Positions 63,801 through 64,000 of a stretch of DNA of 64,000 nt are shown in pieces. The notes under the pieces were generated by a model that did not search any database, was not told the DNA's origin, and worked only from the letters and a program-made list of their open reading frames with translations. Every line of letters begins with the position of its first letter. Positions within the stretch are counted from its first letter, which is position 1. The stretch spans positions 1 through 64,000 of the forward strand of contig NIVC01003176.1 of NCBI GenBank assembly GCA_002269645.1, given 5' to 3'. The position numbers and the translations under genes are program-made. This DNA comes from Macrostomum lignano (taxonomy: Eukaryota).

Positions 63801-64000
63801 CATTTCTAAAAAGTACGCGCAAAAGTGAAAGTCCGCAACAATTAAATCATATTCATAAACATTTCGAAAAGCAAGTGCTCATTTTACATTAGTCTGAATA
63901 TTTACTGTGAAAGATATCTCCTGACTGTTAAAAACTGAATTGCAAACAATGAATTATAGTTTTCCACACGATTACTGCTAAGTGTTTGGCGTAGCCGCTG

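Overview
Intron-rich eukaryotic DNA. The style (minisatellite-filled introns, poly-Q/poly-A runs, RTE and Gypsy relics) suggests an invertebrate such as a Macrostomum-like flatworm; this is inference only. Five conserved spliced genes were reconstructed exon by exon: an NRBP-family pseudokinase (+, 3975-15582, one apparent 1-nt frameshift and a long non-standard C-terminus), PSMD4/Rpn10 (+, 18565-22441), ROPN1L (-, 38535-39909), PNKP (+, 43009-47220, no FHA domain seen) and SLBP (-, 50877-52848). Between PSMD4 and ROPN1L are three tandem copies of an unrecognised 208-aa ORF. Each copy has a conserved CCAAT/TATA promoter, a spliced leader and an overlapping uORF in +1-frameshift geometry. Nested LINE relics lie between copies 2 and 3. 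Almost every intron carries its own 14-60 bp minisatellite, and several of these are arrays of AG|GT splice-like junctions. The last ~11 kb is a largely CpG-depleted transposon block with MITEs, a dead Gypsy integrase and a decayed accessory gene with its own TATA promoter. No rRNA, tRNA or CRISPR feature was found. All counts are by eye.
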